Origin: an uncultured Rikenellaceae bacterium
GTDB lineage: Bacteria > Bacteroidota > Bacteroidia > Bacteroidales > Rikenellaceae
Length of the DNA stretch: 22,449 nucleotides
Direction of reading: 5' to 3'
NCBI GenBank assembly: GCA_910588925.1
Contig: CAJURV010000033.1
Span: 1 to 22,449 of the forward strand
In this document: positions 15,349 through 22,140 of the stretch, one piece after another
How positions within the stretch are numbered: position 1 is the stretch's first letter
Layout of the letters: each line of letters opens with the position of its first letter
Program-made: the position numbers and the translations under genes
The notes under the pieces: generated by a model
Seen by the model: only the letters and a program-made list of their open reading frames with translations
Database searches by the model: none
Told to the model about the DNA's origin: nothing

Positions 15349-15414
15349 TTTTCTCGCCCCGGCAATCGAAACTTCGTTTCATTGCGCTCGGCTCATCGAA
15401 AACGTCAGCTTTAT
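15349..15414 (-). repeat. Small hairpin element copy (reverse orientation) in the hydrolase 5' region
   Basis: gttttctcgccccggcaatcgaaacttcgtttcattgcgctcggctcatcgaaaacg is the reverse complement of the 22329-22395 copy at about 90% identity. The internal hairpin GAAAC-UUCG-GUUUC has a UUCG tetraloop. Confidence 0.75.
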
Positions 15415-15437
15415 TTCGCAGTCGCATCAAAACAGAT

Positions 15438-16757
15438 ATGAACCGTATTTTAGCCATTCTTTTACCGCTCGTGGCGATATGTTCCGCCCGGGCCGCCGAC
15501 CCCGCCGATCCGGCCGCTCTGCGCAAAGCGACCGAACGTAAAATAGAGAACTACCTTATGCAAGGCGTCGCAGGACGGTATTTCCCCGGAGGGCAGTTGG
15601 TGATAGGGAACAAAAGCGGCGTCATATACTCTACGAGCGTAGGTTCGTTCGACTACAGCGGAGGGCGCAAAGTAACCGACACCGACCTGTACGACCTTGC
15701 CTCGGTAACCAAAGTGATGTCCACGACCTTGGCCGTCATGACCCTTTACGGAGAGGGGCGCATAAAGCTCTCCGACAGGTTGGGGAGCCTGGTTCCGCGA
15801 TATAGCGGCAGCGCCGTAGCCGACATAACCGTACGCGACATGCTACGCCACACCTCCGGCATGAAACCGGTGATATACGTATGCGAACTGACATGCAGGC
15901 CTATAGCCGACTCCGTAAAGCTATTGAGCGCCAAACGCGACTCTCTGCACACCGTGGCCGTAGACGCCTCCACATACGTGGTAGACACATTCGTTTACGA
16001 CAACCGATACGTAAGCGCCACCCCCGACAGTACCACCCTGTTCGACCTCTCGCCGAGGTTATGGGTGCGTCGGTCCCTGCTCTCGGCCATCGACTCTGCC
16101 GTAGTAGCCTCCTATCAACCTGAACGACGCGGACGTTACCGATACAGCTGCCTCAACTTCTATCTGCTGCAACAAGCCATAGAGGAGCTTAGCGGAGAGA
16201 CGCTCGACAAATTCGCAGGTTCGATATATCGACGCATGGGGCTCACCCGCATAGGCTACAAACCGTTGGAGTGGAGCGACATAGGCCAGATAGCCCCCAC
16301 CGAATACGACCTGCTCATGCGACACGACACCGTACGCGGCTATGTACACGACGAGATGAGCGCCTCGCTCGGCGGGGTATGCGGCAATGCGGGACTATTC
16401 GCCGACGGACTCGACGTAGCCTCGCTATGTCAGATGTTCCTGTCCGGCGGCAGATGGAACGGCATGCAGATAATAAAACCGGAGGTGTTGCGTCTGTTCA
16501 CCTCGGAACAGATGTCTCCCTCGAGCCGTGTCACCCGCGGACTCGGTTTCGACAAGCTGAAAACGGAGCCTTACAGCACAGCCTCTTACGGCCACACGGG
16601 CTTCACTGGCACCTATTTCTGGTGCGACCCGTCCATAGATCTTTATGCGGTATTGCTAACCAACGGCGTCTACCCGTCGCGAATAGACAAAACCATAGGC
16701 GGCAGTTATCGCAAACGGATATGGGAACTGGCCAAAGAGTTGAGGAAAATACAATAA
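15438..16757 (+). CDS. Serine hydrolase (class C beta-lactamase/esterase family), exported
   Basis: The start is reassigned to the ATG at 15438 (MNRILAILLPLVAICSARA signal peptide). The 5' extension in the track runs through the tandem repeats and is spurious. The protein carries the S-x-x-K active-site motif (ASVTK) and C-terminal HTGFTGT, both typical of the beta-lactamase/transpeptidase fold. Confidence 0.8.
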   Translation: MNRILAILLPLVAICSARAADPADPAALRKATERKIENYLMQGVAGRYFPGGQLVIGNKSGVIYSTSVGSFDYSGGRKVTDTDLYDLASVTKVMSTTLAVMTLYGEGRIKLSDRLGSLVPRYSGSAVADITVRDMLRHTSGMKPVIYVCELTCRPIADSVKLLSAKRDSLHTVAVDASTYVVDTFVYDNRYVSATPDSTTLFDLSPRLWVRRSLLSAIDSAVVASYQPERRGRYRYSCLNFYLLQQAIEELSGETLDKFAGSIYRRMGLTRIGYKPLEWSDIGQIAPTEYDLLMRHDTVRGYVHDEMSASLGGVCGNAGLFADGLDVASLCQMFLSGGRWNGMQIIKPEVLRLFTSEQMSPSSRVTRGLGFDKLKTEPYSTASYGHTGFTGTYFWCDPSIDLYAVLLTNGVYPSRIDKTIGGSYRKRIWELAKELRKIQ

Positions 16758-16823
16758 ATAACCGCAATGCGCGTTTTATCTGCAAACACCCGGCCGACGA
16801 GTCGGGATTAAAATTTATCGCCT

Positions 16824-17003
16824 ATGATAGAACTCTCCTCAGGTAAAGAAAATGACGAATCCATAGCGGTGTATGCCGGCGAAGACGAACTGATCGAACA
16901 ACTGGTGTACAAAGGCGACCGTCAGCTCGCCATGATAGACGGGCTGTTGCACGACCTTTTCTCCGACGACGGATTCATGCTTTCGGACGACATGTCCGCA
17001 TAA
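16824..17003 (+). CDS. Hypothetical small acidic protein (59 aa); below the ORF-track size cutoff
   Basis: ATG at 16824 and TAA at 17001. The product is MIELSSGKENDESIAVYAGEDELIEQLVYKGDRQLAMIDGLLHDLFSDDGFMLSDDMSA. It is on the same strand as both neighbours, and its codon usage matches them. The competing antisense ORF 16839-17057 has no better support. This is a weak call. Confidence 0.3.
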   Translation: MIELSSGKENDESIAVYAGEDELIEQLVYKGDRQLAMIDGLLHDLFSDDGFMLSDDMSA

Positions 17004-17097
17004 TGCGGCATTAAAGACCGCCTCGGATAAGCGCAATGCTTTTCCGGGGCGGATCATTGTCGTTTACGGCCAACATCTATCCAACCCCGACTTACAA

Positions 17098-17940
17098 GTG
17101 ACAGATTTCATCTCCGACATATCGCGCTTCGCATTCTTGCAGAACGCACTTACGGCATCGTTGTTATGCGGCATAGTGTGCGGCATAACCGGCAGTTATA
17201 TCGTAGCCCGCAGGCTGGTATTCCTTAGCGGAGGCATCACCCACGCCTCTTTCGGCGGCATAGGGATGGCCTGCTATCTCGGATTCGACCCGCTTTTGGG
17301 GGCATTGCTCTTCTCCGTGGCCTCGGCTTTAGGGCTCGAGCGTTTCATTGCGACAGGTAAAGTACGCGAAGACTCAGCCATAGGCGTACTGTGGGCATTG
17401 GGGATGGCGGCCGGTATAATATTCATATTCCTGACACCCGGATACACCCCAAACCTAATGAGCTTTCTTTTCGGGTCGATACTCACCATAACTACGCCTC
17501 TGCTGTGGTGGAGCGCGCTGTTGGCGGCCTCTCTGCTGATCCTGTTCGGGCTGTGGGGTAGAAACATAATGTACGTGGCATTCGACGCAGGATTCTCCGA
17601 GACACAGAAGATGCCGGTACGTGCCGTAAACGCCGTAATGCTGGCCGTGGTGGCCGCCGCCGTAGTTATCACCATACGTTTGGTAGGTGTGATGCTACTG
17701 GTATCGCTCTTCACCATACCGCCGCTCGTTTCGGCCTCTGTTGCCCGACGTTTCAGCCGCATAACCGCCGGTGCTGTCGCAGTGGCGGTGGCAGGACTCG
17801 TTTCCGGGCTTTTCATCAGCTACCACACCCAGCTTCCGCCGGGGGCCTCGTCGGTAATCGTACTCATCGTTCTATACCTCATCGCAAGGCTACTGAAAAC
17901 AGCTTACACAAAGAGACGTTTACTACGGGCCAAAGCGTAA
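17098..17940 (+). CDS. Metal (Zn/Mn) ABC transporter permease, ZnuB/MntB (ABC-3) family
   Basis: 280 aa with 7-8 predicted TM helices and the N-terminal motif FLQNALTASLLCGIVCGITGSYIVARRLVFLSGGITHASFGG, typical of ABC-3 permeases. The apparent start codon is GTG. No ATPase or substrate-binding partner gene is adjacent. Confidence 0.75.
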   Translation: MTDFISDISRFAFLQNALTASLLCGIVCGITGSYIVARRLVFLSGGITHASFGGIGMACYLGFDPLLGALLFSVASALGLERFIATGKVREDSAIGVLWALGMAAGIIFIFLTPGYTPNLMSFLFGSILTITTPLLWWSALLAASLLILFGLWGRNIMYVAFDAGFSETQKMPVRAVNAVMLAVVAAAVVITIRLVGVMLLVSLFTIPPLVSASVARRFSRITAGAVAVAVAGLVSGLFISYHTQLPPGASSVIVLIVLYLIARLLKTAYTKRRLLRAKA

Positions 17941-18018
17941 ATCGTCCCGTCCGGTCAACGCTACAAATGCATATGAAGGGCAGTTGACACCAAATATGGC
18001 GATATAAAATACGCCGGA

Positions 18019-18050
18019 TTTGCAACGAAACGAAAAATAGACTATCTTTG
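18019..18050 (+). promoter_or_regulatory. Bacteroidetes sigma-A-type promoter (TTTG-20nt-TATCTTTG) upstream of tRNA-Leu
   Basis: TTTG at ~18019-18022 and TAtcTTTG at ~18043-18050 with a 20-nt spacer, about 70 nt upstream of the tRNA 5' end. Confidence 0.5.
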
Positions 18051-18118
18051 CATAAGATAAATTGCCGTGGCAATAGGAAACGCCGTCGCTATCGGCTCGA
18101 TTATCTGACTTTAATACT

Positions 18119-18200
18119 GCGGATGTGGTGTAATTGGTAGCCACGCCAGACTTAGGATCTGGTGGCGCAAGCCGTGGGGGTTCGAGTCCCTTCATCCGCA
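18119..18200 (+). tRNA. tRNA-Leu (anticodon TAG)
   Basis: Perfect 7-bp acceptor stem GCGGATG/CATCCGC with discriminator A. Anticodon stem-loop CCAGA-CTTAGGA-TCTGG. A long (13-nt) variable arm marks it as type II. The T-loop is TTCGAGT. CCA is not encoded. Confidence 0.85.
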
Positions 18201-18210
18201 CAAAACGAAC

Positions 18211-18248
18211 CGAGGTGTCATTTGCTTTATGACACCTCGGTTTTTTAT
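18211..18248 (+). terminator. Intrinsic terminator after tRNA-Leu
   Basis: CGAGGTGTCAT-ttgcttt-ATGACACCTCG followed by GTTTTTTAT. Confidence 0.8.
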
Positions 18249-18360
18249 ATTCGATAGATCGCACAATATCACACGCGTTTTTCGCTTCGGGCAATCGAAA
18301 CCCATTTTAGTTGTACAAACCTCTCGTCACATATAATTTTAAACGTTGAATTTCATTCTA

Positions 18361-18420
18361 CATTTTCTCGCCTCGGCATAACCAAATTTCATTTGCTTCT
18401 GCTCTCGGCTTACCGAAAAC
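18361..18420 (-). repeat. Small hairpin element copy (reverse orientation)
   Basis: cattttctcgcctcggcataaccaaatttcatttgcttctgctctcggcttaccgaaaac is the reverse complement of positions 1-57 at about 93% identity. Confidence 0.8.
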
Positions 18421-18441
18421 GTTCGTTTTTATGCAGAAGTT

Positions 18442-18497
18442 TTCGATAGACCGGGCGCAATGAAATTAAGTGTCGATTGTATTCGGTTTATCGAAAA
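18442..18497 (+). repeat. Small hairpin element copy (+ orientation), diverged; forms an inverted pair with 18361-18420
   Basis: ttcgatagaccgggcgcaatgaaattaagtgtcgattgtattcggtttatcgaaaa. The two copies face each other across a ~20-nt spacer (gttcgtttttatgcagaagtt). Confidence 0.6.
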
Positions 18498-18601
18498 TAT
18501 TCATGTTATTGATGTCATACTCATTATGTGTACACGCATGCAATCATTCGTAAACATGGATGTAATATCTATGTTTACGAATGATTCTTATGCGGTGAGA
18601 G

Positions 18602-18856
18602 TCATTTGCGGAGGCGATTACGCACGTCTACCAGTATGCGCAGACCTGACAGTATGTTGCTCCACATGTGTGAGGATAACAATCTTTCTTTGGCCTCTTC
18701 TATGATTGTCGATGGAGACATTCGATATTTGAGCTCCTCGACATCCTGAGAGAGGTAAGTCTCGTTGACCAGACGCATGACACGTATTTTCTTACGCGCC
18801 CTCTGCAGATCGGCCATGGACTTTATGCGGCTATATTTCGTCTCATGCTTATTCAT
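18602..18856 (-). CDS. Small soluble basic protein, third gene of the YtxH/holin-like triad
   Basis: The product is MNKHETKYSRIKSMADLQRARKKIRVMRLVNETY… If the start is the ATG at 18856 it is 84 aa. Starts at 18865 or 18901 are also possible. The ATG is embedded in the stop region of the upstream gene (GATGAATAAG; ATG and TAA share nucleotides in different frames), which implies translational coupling. No TM segment. Confidence 0.5.
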   Translation of the reverse strand: MNKHETKYSRIKSMADLQRARKKIRVMRLVNETYLSQDVEELKYRMSPSTIIEEAKERLLSSHMWSNILSGLRILVDVRNRLRK

Positions 18857-19208
18857 CGTCGTCATCGTCTTTGTCGTTGAAGAACATGGGTACGAATACA
18901 CGCACCATTTTATTTCTGAAAGGGGCGGGATGTCTGAATATGCAGACCCCTGCGATCAGGTAGACAAAACCGAGGATCACTGCCGCCCACACCCATGAGC
19001 CTATCAGCATGTCGATCAGATATACGAACACGCCGGTAAAGAGCATGAAAGCGAGGTTTACAAGGAACAGACACAACATGAGTGCGACCGCTCCTCCGGC
19101 GACCGACGACAACCCGTCGACAGCCGCTAATTTAGCGGAGTCGACGCGTAGCCGTACATATTGTTTCAGATCCTCCGAGATTCTGTCGGTCAGTCTTTCG
19201 TCAGCCAT
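18849..19208 (-). CDS. Holin-like small membrane protein (phage-holin-3-like / Holin-X family) with poly-Asp tail
   Basis: 119 aa. Two TM helices (AGGAVALMLCLFLVNLAFMLFTGVFVYL; WVWAAVILGFVYLIAGVCIF) and a C-terminal KDDDDDE tail. This is the arrangement found in Bacteroidetes genes annotated 'phage holin family protein', and those genes follow a YtxH gene. Confidence 0.6.
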   Translation of the reverse strand: MADERLTDRISEDLKQYVRLRVDSAKLAAVDGLSSVAGGAVALMLCLFLVNLAFMLFTGVFVYLIDMLIGSWVWAAVILGFVYLIAGVCIFRHPAPFRNKMVRVFVPMFFNDKDDDDDE

Positions 19209-19214
19209 AAGACA

Positions 19215-19589
19215 CTACTTTTTATTGTCCGTTTTCTTTTCGTCGCTCTTGTCGTTTTTGTCGCTCTTGTTCTTGTCTTTCGACAATACTTCGCGTACGG
19301 CATCGAGCTCTTCGTCGGCCATCTCACGGCCTGCCGATATGGCTTCCGAAAGACGTTCGCGGCCTTTGCGATACGATTCGGAAACTTTGTCGCGGCCCTG
19401 TTCGTAAGCCTCTTTGGCTTTCTGTTTGCCGGTCGTGTACAAGTCGTTCATTTTATCTTTGCCTTCGGCAACGGCCTTGCCTATCTTCTGACGGGTTACT
19501 TCGCCTTTGTCGGGCGCAAACAAAACTGCTACTACGGCACCTACCGTGGCGCCACCCAAAAATGCCATAAAATTACCTTTAGTGCTCAT
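19215..19589 (-). CDS. YtxH-domain protein (DUF948-like), N-terminal TM anchor + K/E-rich helical domain
   Basis: 124 aa. MSTKGNFMAFLGGATVGAVVAVLFAP is followed by an extended charged helix (KGEVTRQKIGKAVAEGKDKMNDLYTTGKQKAKEAYEQGRDKVSESYRKGRERLSEAI…) and a Lys/Asp-rich tail. Confidence 0.7.
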   Translation of the reverse strand: MSTKGNFMAFLGGATVGAVVAVLFAPDKGEVTRQKIGKAVAEGKDKMNDLYTTGKQKAKEAYEQGRDKVSESYRKGRERLSEAISAGREMADEELDAVREVLSKDKNKSDKNDKSDEKKTDNKK

Positions 19590-19881
19590 AACAATAAATT
19601 TTTAAATAGTTGATAAAATAAGTATATATCCCACACTTGCAAATTTGATACCAAAAGAGAATGTCTGTAGCGATAATTATGATTAAGCTCGTGATATATG
19701 CCAACCGCAGACCGCGTTTTTGCTGTTGATAGCTCGGCATGGCTGTAGCGTTAGTCGGAAAGAGGATAGGGTAGCGGAACATTTATCTGATCGGAATGTC
19801 TCTGCGTTTGCTGTGTATATGTTGTAATACGGTTTCGTACTAAAATTCCCACGAAGTCGGGGCATATTTCCAAAATATAGT

Positions 19882-19889
19882 TATATTTG
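19882..19889 (+). promoter_or_regulatory. Candidate -7 promoter element (TATATTTG) for the nfeD-flotillin operon
   Basis: TAnnTTTG match ~25 nt upstream of the NfeD ATG. The -33 element is imperfect (TTTC). Confidence 0.4.
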
Positions 19890-19914
19890 TAAATAACTAA
19901 ACCGTATTGATCTT

Positions 19915-20469
19915 ATGGAATGGTTCTCTTCTATGGATAGTCTCGAAAAGGTGTTATGGATAATAGCATTGACGAGCAGTCTTGTATTCATTGTACAGAC
20001 CGTCATGACTTTCATGGGCATGGATGGCGACGGCGATCCGAGCGGTTGCGATGTCGGCGTCTCGGAGGATATGCCTCTCGAGTTGTTCACTTTCCGTAAT
20101 TTCGTCAATTTCTTTCTCGGCTTCTCGTGGACGGCCATAGCGCTTTACGGACGCACGGGGTTGGTTGTCACCGTAGTGTCGGGCGTCATAGCCGGTGTCC
20201 TTTTGGTTGCCGCCGTCATGTATATGTTCTACCTGATGAGCCGTATGGAACAGTCGGGCAATATAGATCTGCAAAAAAGCGCGGTGGGATGTCGTGGCAC
20301 TGTCTATATCGCCATTCCCGAGGGCGGACGCGGCAAAGTGCAGATAACCATACAGGGGGCGGTCCGCGAATACGATGCCGTCACGGATGGCGAATCTCTC
20401 GTAAGCGGCACGCCAGTAAAGGTTGTGGGCGTTGTCGACGACTCGTTGCTCAAAGTAGGGCGTCTGTAG
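19915..20469 (+). CDS. NfeD-family membrane protein (OB-fold, flotillin-associated)
   Basis: 184 aa. Three TM helices are followed by a C-terminal beta-rich segment (GTVYIAIPEGGRGKVQITIQGAVREYDAVTDGESLVSGTPVKVVGVVDDSLLKV), typical of the NfeD OB-fold. It sits immediately upstream of an SPFH/flotillin gene. Confidence 0.75.
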   Translation: MEWFSSMDSLEKVLWIIALTSSLVFIVQTVMTFMGMDGDGDPSGCDVGVSEDMPLELFTFRNFVNFFLGFSWTAIALYGRTGLVVTVVSGVIAGVLLVAAVMYMFYLMSRMEQSGNIDLQKSAVGCRGTVYIAIPEGGRGKVQITIQGAVREYDAVTDGESLVSGTPVKVVGVVDDSLLKVGRL

Positions 20470-20502
20470 CTATATGTTTGAAAATCAAATTATCAAAATA
20501 TA

Positions 20503-21918
20503 ATGGAAGATATCAGTTTCACACTACCCATTATCGTGTTCGTCGCTGTTTTGTTCGTCACCTTCGCGGCGATATTGTCACGATACAAACGTTGTCCCTC
20601 CGACAAGATACTCGTCGTGTACGGTAAGACCGGGCGCAACAAGTCTGGAGGCAAAAGTTCCGCACGATGCATACACGGCGGTGCGGCATTCATATGGCCC
20701 GTATTCCAGAGCTATGCTTTTCTCGATCTGACTCCCATAGCCATAGAGTGCAACCTTACCAACGCTCTAAGTAAACAGAATATACGCGTGGACGTGCCCT
20801 GTAGATTTACCGTCGGCATATCCACCGACGCCGACAGCATGACCAATGCGGCGGAACGTCTTTTGGGATTGCGTCTCGAGAACATAAAGGATTTGGCTCA
20901 GGATATATTGTTCGGACAGCTTCGTCTTGTTATCGCCACCATGGATATAGAGGAGATAAATGCCGACCGCGACAAGTTCCTTGCTAATGTGAGCGTCAAT
21001 GTAGACGCCGAGTTGCGTAAGATAGGCCTTAAGCTTATCAACGTGAACGTAACGGATATACGCGATGAGTCAGGCTATATAGAGGCGTTGGGTAAGGAGG
21101 CTGCCGCCAAGGCCATAAACGATGCCAAAAAGAGTGTTGCCGAGCAGAATCGTTTCGGTGAGATCGGTAAGGCCGAGGCCGACAGAGACAAGGATATACG
21201 TATAGCCGAAACGGTACGCGACACCCGCATACGCACCTCGGAGGCTAACGCTAACGCCGTAGAGGGCGAGAATACCGCAAAGATAACCATTGCCAATTCC
21301 GATGCGGAACGTCGTCAGAAGGAGGCCGAAGCCTCGCGTAAGGCTACGGCGGCGGAGAAAGTTCAGGCGGCCAAAGCTCTCGAGGAGGCCTATATGGCGG
21401 AGAAAGAGGCTGAAATGGCACGTGCGGAACGAGAGAAAGCCACTCGCATGGCCAACATAGTGGTTCCGGCACAGATAGAGAAAGAGAAGGTCATAATAGA
21501 CGCCGAAGCCGATGCCGAACGTTTCCGAAGATTGGCGCAGGGCGAGGCCGACGCCATATTCGCCAAGAAAGAGGCCGAGGCACGCGGTAATTTCGAGATA
21601 CTGACCAAGCAGGCCGAAGGTTACGACCGTTTGGTGAAAGCGGCGGCCGGCGATCCCGAAAAGGCGGTTATGTTGCTCGTGACTGACAAACTTCCGGAGC
21701 TGGTGCGTACTCAAGTGGAGGCTGTCAAGAATATCAAGATAGACAAAGTCACCGTATGGGACGGAGGTGCCGGCAAAGACGGCAAAACCTCTACCGCCGG
21801 TTTCATCTCCGGCATGATGAATTCGGTGCCGCCACTCAACGACCTGTTCAAAATGGCCGGCATGAACTTGCCCGCCTACCTCAAGGGGACAGAGGATGCC
21901 GAACAGGTTGAGGAGTAA
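20503..21918 (+). CDS. Flotillin-family (SPFH/band-7) membrane scaffold protein
   Basis: 471 aa. An N-terminal TM anchor (LPIIVFVAVLFVTFAAIL) is followed by an SPFH domain and then a long Ala/Glu-rich coiled coil (EAEASRKATAAEKVQAAKALEEAYMAEKEAEMARAEREKATRMANIVVPAQIEKEKVIIDAEADAERFRRLAQGEADAIFAKKEAEARGNFEILTKQAEGYDRL), typical of the flotillin domain. Confidence 0.85.
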   Translation: MEDISFTLPIIVFVAVLFVTFAAILSRYKRCPSDKILVVYGKTGRNKSGGKSSARCIHGGAAFIWPVFQSYAFLDLTPIAIECNLTNALSKQNIRVDVPCRFTVGISTDADSMTNAAERLLGLRLENIKDLAQDILFGQLRLVIATMDIEEINADRDKFLANVSVNVDAELRKIGLKLINVNVTDIRDESGYIEALGKEAAAKAINDAKKSVAEQNRFGEIGKAEADRDKDIRIAETVRDTRIRTSEANANAVEGENTAKITIANSDAERRQKEAEASRKATAAEKVQAAKALEEAYMAEKEAEMARAEREKATRMANIVVPAQIEKEKVIIDAEADAERFRRLAQGEADAIFAKKEAEARGNFEILTKQAEGYDRLVKAAAGDPEKAVMLLVTDKLPELVRTQVEAVKNIKIDKVTVWDGGAGKDGKTSTAGFISGMMNSVPPLNDLFKMAGMNLPAYLKGTEDAEQVEE

Positions 21919-21945
21919 CTCCGAAGTATTATATACTTAAATAAG

Positions 21946-21982
21946 ATGTGGACGATATATGATTATCGCCCACATTTTTTTA
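21946..21982 (+). terminator. Intrinsic terminator after the flotillin gene
   Basis: ATGTGGaCGAT-atatgatt-ATCGCCCACAT (11-bp stem with one mismatch) followed by TTTTTTTAG, ~28 nt after the stop. Confidence 0.7.
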
Positions 21983-22090
21983 GTGATTTTATTCTAGTGC
22001 CGTAATAAGTTGGGATTTTCTTGTCGGTATTTCATATAGACTATTCAGGGGGGACGTTGTTTTGTTGTTCGACAAAGACTATGTTTTCGG

Positions 22091-22140
22091 TTGGCGAGAC
22101 GGAAAGATACTATAAAACACACTAAAGGTATGCGCATTAG
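22091..22140 (+). repeat. Repeat unit I (copy c)
   Basis: ttggcgagacggaaagatactataaaacacactaaaggtatgcgcattag. Confidence 0.85.

Noticed and set aside
15276-15437. 5' extension of the hydrolase ORF and the 65-aa ORF 15049-15246
   Set aside because: Both run through the 73-bp tandem repeats. A clean signal peptide begins at the ATG at 15438.
17274-17816. 180-aa - strand ORF
   Set aside because: It is antisense to the ABC-3 permease. Its Ala/Thr-rich composition is the mirror image of the permease's hydrophobic codons.
18460-18705. 81-aa + strand ORF
   Set aside because: It overlaps the small-element copy and the 3' end of the triad operon on the opposite strand. Its Cys/Ile-rich sequence has no support.
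19009-19613. The + strand ORFs (132 aa and 150 aa) antisense to the holin-like and YtxH genes
   Set aside because: They are shadow ORFs. The minus-strand genes show coherent TM and helical features and operon packing.
21070-21714. 214-aa and two 70-aa - strand ORFs
   Set aside because: They are antisense to the flotillin coiled-coil region. Their repetitive Ala/Ser/Leu content is what the reverse complement of GAA/GCC-rich codons produces.
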